DNA of 64,000 nt, from assembly GCA_964016885.1 (NCBI GenBank), contig OZ024741.1:122140001-122204000 (forward strand), written 5' to 3'. Below, in pieces: positions 58,799-64,000 of this stretch. The DNA is from Eledone cirrhosa (taxonomy: Eukaryota). A program made the translations under genes and the position numbers. Below the pieces are notes generated by a model. The model did no database searches, was not told the origin of the DNA, and worked only from the letters and a program-made list of their open reading frames with translations. Position 1 is the stretch's first letter. Each line of letters starts with the position of its first letter.

Positions 58799-59929
58799 GG
58801 GATACATGATATGAAGCTTAAAAAAGACTTGTGAATAGTGAAGTTTTAAATCAACATATGAAAAATAAATTAAGATTGATGTATGAGATTGGGAAAAAGT
58901 GAGGGGGGGGGGTGGAAAAGGTAAGGAAGAGGAAGAGATGAGAGTAAAGAATGGTGGGGGAGGAGTATAAGAAGGAAGGACGAGAGAGAAGGAGAGATGG
59001 GTGATAGAGAGAGAGAGATAGCCTTTACAACTGAGAAAAAAAAATATATTGTCTCACAGAGAGAAGTTAAAAAGCCGTTGGAAGATAATAGAAAATTTAA
59101 AAGAATTTGAAATTAAAAATGAATGAGGCTTATGCATGAAGAGAAAAAGGAATTAAGAATAAGGTTTCTATATTGAAGGGTTTAATAATATGTGCGAGGA
59201 AAAGAAATTATTAATATGTATTATTAAAATAAAAATATTAATGTTATTAAGGATATAATGTGAAAAGAAGGAGAAGAATGAATGAGTTATGAATTTAGAG
59301 GAATTAGTTAGGGTTTAAGTTTGTTTTTATGTAATATAATATGTGTACGTAATATGTGTACGTAAATAGCTTGTTTAAAAATGAGCGCAGAAGGCAAAGA
59401 AGAAAGGAATGTTTAAGGAAGAAAATATCTAACATCAAAAAATATATATGTTTACGAAATATTTTCTAATGGTAATAATATAATATATTAAAAGAAATTA
59501 GTTAGGGTTTAAGTTTGTTTTTATGTATTGTAATATATAAAAGTCAAACGAGCATGAAAGGATGCGTGATATAAGAGAAATTTAAGGAAGAAAAAATCTA
59601 ACGTCAAAAAATTATGTTTACGAAGGACTTCTAATGTATTAAAAAAATAATAATTTTTATGGCCAATGATATGAGAAAAGATGGAAGAATGGATAATGTT
59701 GTGGTGAGTAATAATAAGATTTGAGAAGTAGTTAGGAAGAAAAGGTACAGATTAGAGGTTAGAAATTAAAAAGAAAAGAGGAAGAAAGGAAAATGATAAA
59801 GAGGAATGATATAGAATGAGTAAATTGTATTATATAATGTATAATAAATAATATTGAAATAAGGTAGAAAAATGGGTATATTTTAAAAATATTGAGAAAA
59901 AGGATTTTAAACTAGTAAGGTATTAGATA

Positions 59930-60490
59930 TTAGCTGTATACTTTATGGAATGTTCTGTGGAATGTATGCAAGCAGAGAGAAAATAAATCCGTGCGTCTAT
60001 TTATTATAGAATTATAATTAGATATAATGGTACATTTCTCAGCTAGGCAGAGATTACAATTTCTGGATAGGGAGGAATTCAAGTAAGGAGAGGCAGAACA
60101 AACTTTTCTCCAAGAGATGTTATAGTTAATATTTTTGTCTTTCAAGGACCATATGAGTTCCGAGAGTGCCGTGTTAGTTCTTTGAAGTTGGTATCTAAAA
60201 GACGAATTGTGATTATAAAATCTAGCTTTGAAGGAGGTGGAGGTGGAACCGAAATAGGTAAAGGAATTGGTATCAGTTATAACCTTACATTCATAGACTA
60301 AGTTTTTATCAAGACAATGGTTATTAAGAGGACATTTAGTTCTAACAGGGCAATTACAATTACGATTAGAGAAATTAACAGAGTTATTAACAAGTGACCT
60401 AGTGTTATGTATAGGAGGAATTGGATTGGAAAAGTTATTTACGATAGGAATAATAGTTTCTTGATTTAGATTGGTATTATGAACATTCAA
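59930..60490 (-). pseudogene. Naiad GIY-YIG endonuclease domain
   Basis: Open 186-aa segment with CxCx5C, VY/YFG triplets, the catalytic R..H and CxxC..EK; disconnected from the RT by a frameshift. Confidence 0.88.
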
Positions 60491-62339
60491 CGAAGTTCCG
60501 TTTGACGTCGTATTTAAGTTTACAGAATCTAGCCTAGAGTTAACAATGACGTCGGGAGTACTACTGCTATTATTATGACGCTCAGTGTTGGAAGGATGTG
60601 ATTTAATATTTAATATTTTATTGTTGTGTTTAGAGATAATGTTAGATATGTTGGAAGAGGTTGAATAAGAAAATTTTATTGTATGTTTGTTAAAGATTTT
60701 ACTAATGATATGTGAGGGAGGGAAGCACTTATCTAGGGCCTAAAGAATAGTTTAGGAATATTATTATTAATAGAAATAGAGAAAGGAGCATTATACCAGA
60801 TTATATTTTTGTATCTAGGTTTATTTAAGTTATTGGAATGTTCATAATTAATTATTTTACTGTAAGACCTTCTAGGATTGGTTTCTTTACTGTATTTAAT
60901 TTTATCAGGATAACCGGCTTTAGAAAGTGCATTATTATAGTAATTGGTGTTAGCATCGAAGATATTTTTATTAGAGGATAGGTTTGATATTCTTTTTCCA
61001 ATATTACTGACTATAGCATTTTTAATGTTAGTGGGGTGGTTAGATTTAAAATTAACATAATTTAGATTCTCATTGTTTTTATGGTAAGGGTAATATAGGC
61101 CAGTGTCAAGATTAAGGGATATATCCAAGAAGTTAGCTAGGTTGACGTTGTTATCAAATTCAATTTTAATGTTATGTTGCTTAAAGAGATCACGTATATT
61201 GTTCTTAATAATATTAAGGTTAACTAAGTTGCAGTTTAACATAGTAAAAAGTCCCTCGTCACGATAAATTCCACGCGAAGTTGAGGAATTTTCCGATTTA
61301 AAGAATTCAAAATAAAAATACCAATAAAATTAGTCAATTGCGATGAATCGGAAGCACCCATTGTGATATCAAAGTTGTTGGAAGTATCGGCTCTAGTCCA
61401 GTATTCATTGTTGAATTCTAAGATGGTTTTCTTGCGGTGAGAATGATGTGAAGTTCATCTGTGGTGATGTCAGAATATTTAAATGCGAAAGATAGAGCAT
61501 TGTTGAGAAGTGAAGGAGAAATAGAAGAATAGTAGCTGGCAATATCAAATTGAATACATTTTTTTGTTTTTCTTATTCAGGTTGTTGAACCAGCCAATTA
61601 CTTCAGATGTACCAAACCATAAATTTAAGTTAGAAATAGAGCAATTAGAACGAACCTGTGGGATAATTCTATCCAAGATGGCTTTACTAACAACCCCCAG
61701 ATCTGATTTAGAGGGGGCGATTAGTCTAATAGGTAGTTCCGTTCGAAAATTACTTTTATGATTCTTGAGATTTATCCTCGGAGTTCTTGGGAGGAATGGT
61801 TCGGTCTTTTTTCAATGCCAAGTTTTGACATAATCTCAGAAGCTTCAAAATTTATAGATCCCAAATTGTCATGGTTAGTTTTACGATAATTCTTCCTTAG
61901 TTCCTTAAGGATAAGGTTATTATAGTTATCCTTAGATACACTATATACATTATTAGTTTTGTCGGAGTGGACTAGACATTTTTAGAGGAATTATGGTTTA
62001 AAATCGTATTCCTGAGATTTACAAGGTGCTCTTGTCCTCTGTAAGGGTTTCTCTTGAACTTAAGACTTCTTATAATATTAGTTTATTCTTCCTCGAACTG
62101 CACTAGATTTTTGTTGGAAGGAGGATTTCTTCTAGAGTCAAATAAATGATCAAGAAAGTTATGTTCCTTAGTATAGAAATTTCCTTTTTGGCGCTGGTCG
62201 TGGAAAAAAGGTATCCATCTAAGCCTTCTCACAAAGGAGTCAGTTTTTTCAATCAGAAGTTTAGTGTAGAGTGCTACTTATCCGCTATTTGCATTGCTTT
62301 ATTGTGCTACAATAAAGCTCACCTCCTACAATATATATA

Positions 62340-64000
62340 TACACTCTTTTACTCTTTTACCTGTTCCAGCCATCCGACCGAGGCCATGCTGGGGCACCGA
62401 ACTTGTTGCTACACATTTTATCTCCAGCTTGTATTGGTTGGCCACTGGTGTAAGAGGGAGTTTGTTGCTGCTGCCCATAGGTTTACCTCGTGCCTTGCTG
62501 TGGACTCATCCGGGATCCTGGATAGCAAGATGTCGAGATGTTTCTTGAAGACATCCACCTCCACACCATGTAGATCTCTCAGATCCCTCAGCAGCTTGTT
62601 GAAGAGTTGAGGACCCTTGAATCCCAGGCTATTGCAATATCTGCTCCTTATTCTAGATGTGGAAGACGGGACCTTTGGCACCACACACTGATGTCCTGTT
62701 CGAAGGTTGGTCCAGCTCCCAATGCCAAAGTTTGGTGCTAGACCCTCCAGGATTTTCCACATGTAGATCACTGCGTATCTCTCACGTCTTCGTTCCAAGG
62801 AGTAGAGGTTCAGTTCTTTTAGCCTCTCCCAGTAGCTTATCTCCTTCATCGTGGCAATCCTCTTGGTGTAGCTTCACTGGATTGCCTCAAGCTCCGTGGT
62901 TAGTTTGACACTATGGGGTGACCACAACTGGGAGCAATATTCCAGGCGGCTTAGGACAAATGTCCTCCATAGTGTCAACATGGTGTTTCGGTCTCTTGTC
63001 CAGAAAGTCCTCAAGATCCAGCCAGCGCGTCGTCTGCACATTGTCGCCACTTTCATGATGTGTGAGGAAAAAGATGCATCATCGCTCATGTCTATACCCA
63101 GATCTCGTATCGATTTTGACACGGGGATATCGGTCCTGGTGTTGTGCTATATTTGTGTTTGCAGGTTTGTTTGGAGGTTTGTATTGTAGGGCTTGGAATT
63201 TGCCAGCATTAAACTGCATGTTGTTTTCTTCCGCCCATTTGTATATGGCATCCACATCTTGTTGTAAAAGGGCAGCGCTCGCCGGACTTTTGATTGCCTA
63301 TGCTACCTTAGTATTATCAGCATAGCTAGTGAGGGATGTTGTTGTATGTACTCCAGAGGGCATGTCTGAGAGAGCCACCAAAAACAGTAGTGGTCCCAGG
63401 ACTGTCCCTTGGGGCAACCCACTTGTTATTGATGTTTCCTTTGAGAGGGCCCCGTTTGCTGCGACTGTCTGGCTTCTGTTCTTTATGAAGTTATGCAGCC
63501 ACTCACCTACTTTCTCAGTTATGCCGAGTCCGTGTAGTTTGTGACATATCATTCCGTGGTCGACCTTGTTAAAGGCCTTCGCAAAGTCAAGATATATCAC
63601 GTCCACATGTGAGCTGTCTAGCAGTTGTTTCAGTACCCAGTCGTAGTGATGTAGCAGCTGTGTAAGGCAGCTTCTTCCTGGGCGAAAGCCATGCTGCGTG
63701 CTAGTCAGGCGGTCATTTTCCTGACGACTCGCTCCATGACCTTACTGATATGCGAAGTCAGGGAGACAGGCCTATAGCTTTTGGCCTCCGCTCTGCTACA
63801 TCCTTTATGGATAGGGCATATTGTGCCTTCTTTCAGCTCCCTGGGTAGTATACCGCTAGCCAAGGAGCTTCTGAAGAGCATCTTCAGTTGAGTTGCTAAG
63901 GCCCGCTTACATCTTTTTAAGAGGACTGCTGGGAATCCATCAGGTCCAGCAGCTGAGTCTGTTCTAATTTCATCTATGGCGTATACCACATCCTCCTCCG
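62340..64000 (-). mobile_element. CR1-like LINE, decayed, continuing beyond the window
   Basis: SYRPVSLTSH, YLDFAKAFNKVDH, GLPQGTVLGPLLF, YADNTK, SRLEYCSQLWSP, YSLERRRER; 3' tail (AAAAGAGT)2. Confidence 0.92.

Larger units (their letters stand above)
58700..62330 (-). mobile_element. Naiad-type Penelope-like retroelement, nearly full-length ORF with frameshifts, long 3' UTR and hammerhead
   Basis: LIEKTDSFVRRLRW, VHSDKTNNVY, LKNHKSNF..PIRLIAP.KS, FDIASYYSSI, FDITMGASDS, GIYRDEGL, NFLDI, WYNAPFS. EN has CNCPVRTKC (CxCx5C), LVY..YFGST..FKARFYNH and CNLC. Confidence 0.9.

Noticed and set aside
59930-60490. Selenoprotein-type Naiad (in-frame UGA plus SECIS)
   Set aside because: The conserved Cys positions in the EN are ordinary Cys codons and I could not identify a SECIS; a SECISearch run on the family consensus would be decisive.

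Overview
Eukaryotic, very AT-rich animal DNA, most likely an octopod cephalopod (inferred from the SINE types and the huge (TA)n/(TATG)n tracts, about a quarter to a third of the window). Almost all long entries in the ORF track are microsatellite artefacts. One real host gene can be assembled by hand on the + strand. It has 10 coding exons (11907-48357), all GT-AG and phase-compatible, and encodes about 657 aa from the ATG at 11910. The product is a compact plakin-family protein: a non-plakin N-terminus, a spectrin repeat with an embedded SH3, a short helical region and about six plectin-type repeats. The rest is transposon-derived: a 5'-truncated Neptune-type Penelope element with an open RT/GIY-YIG ORF, a decayed Naiad-type Penelope element, two CR1-like LINEs, RTE-like LINE relics, a non-autonomous Helitron, a mariner MITE and two SINE families. 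The most striking hidden structure is a set of at least seven sequence-unrelated minimal type I hammerhead ribozyme motifs. Nearly all sit in fold-back or inverted-repeat elements embedded in (TA)n, and two with intact cores lie on the sense strand of one plakin intron.
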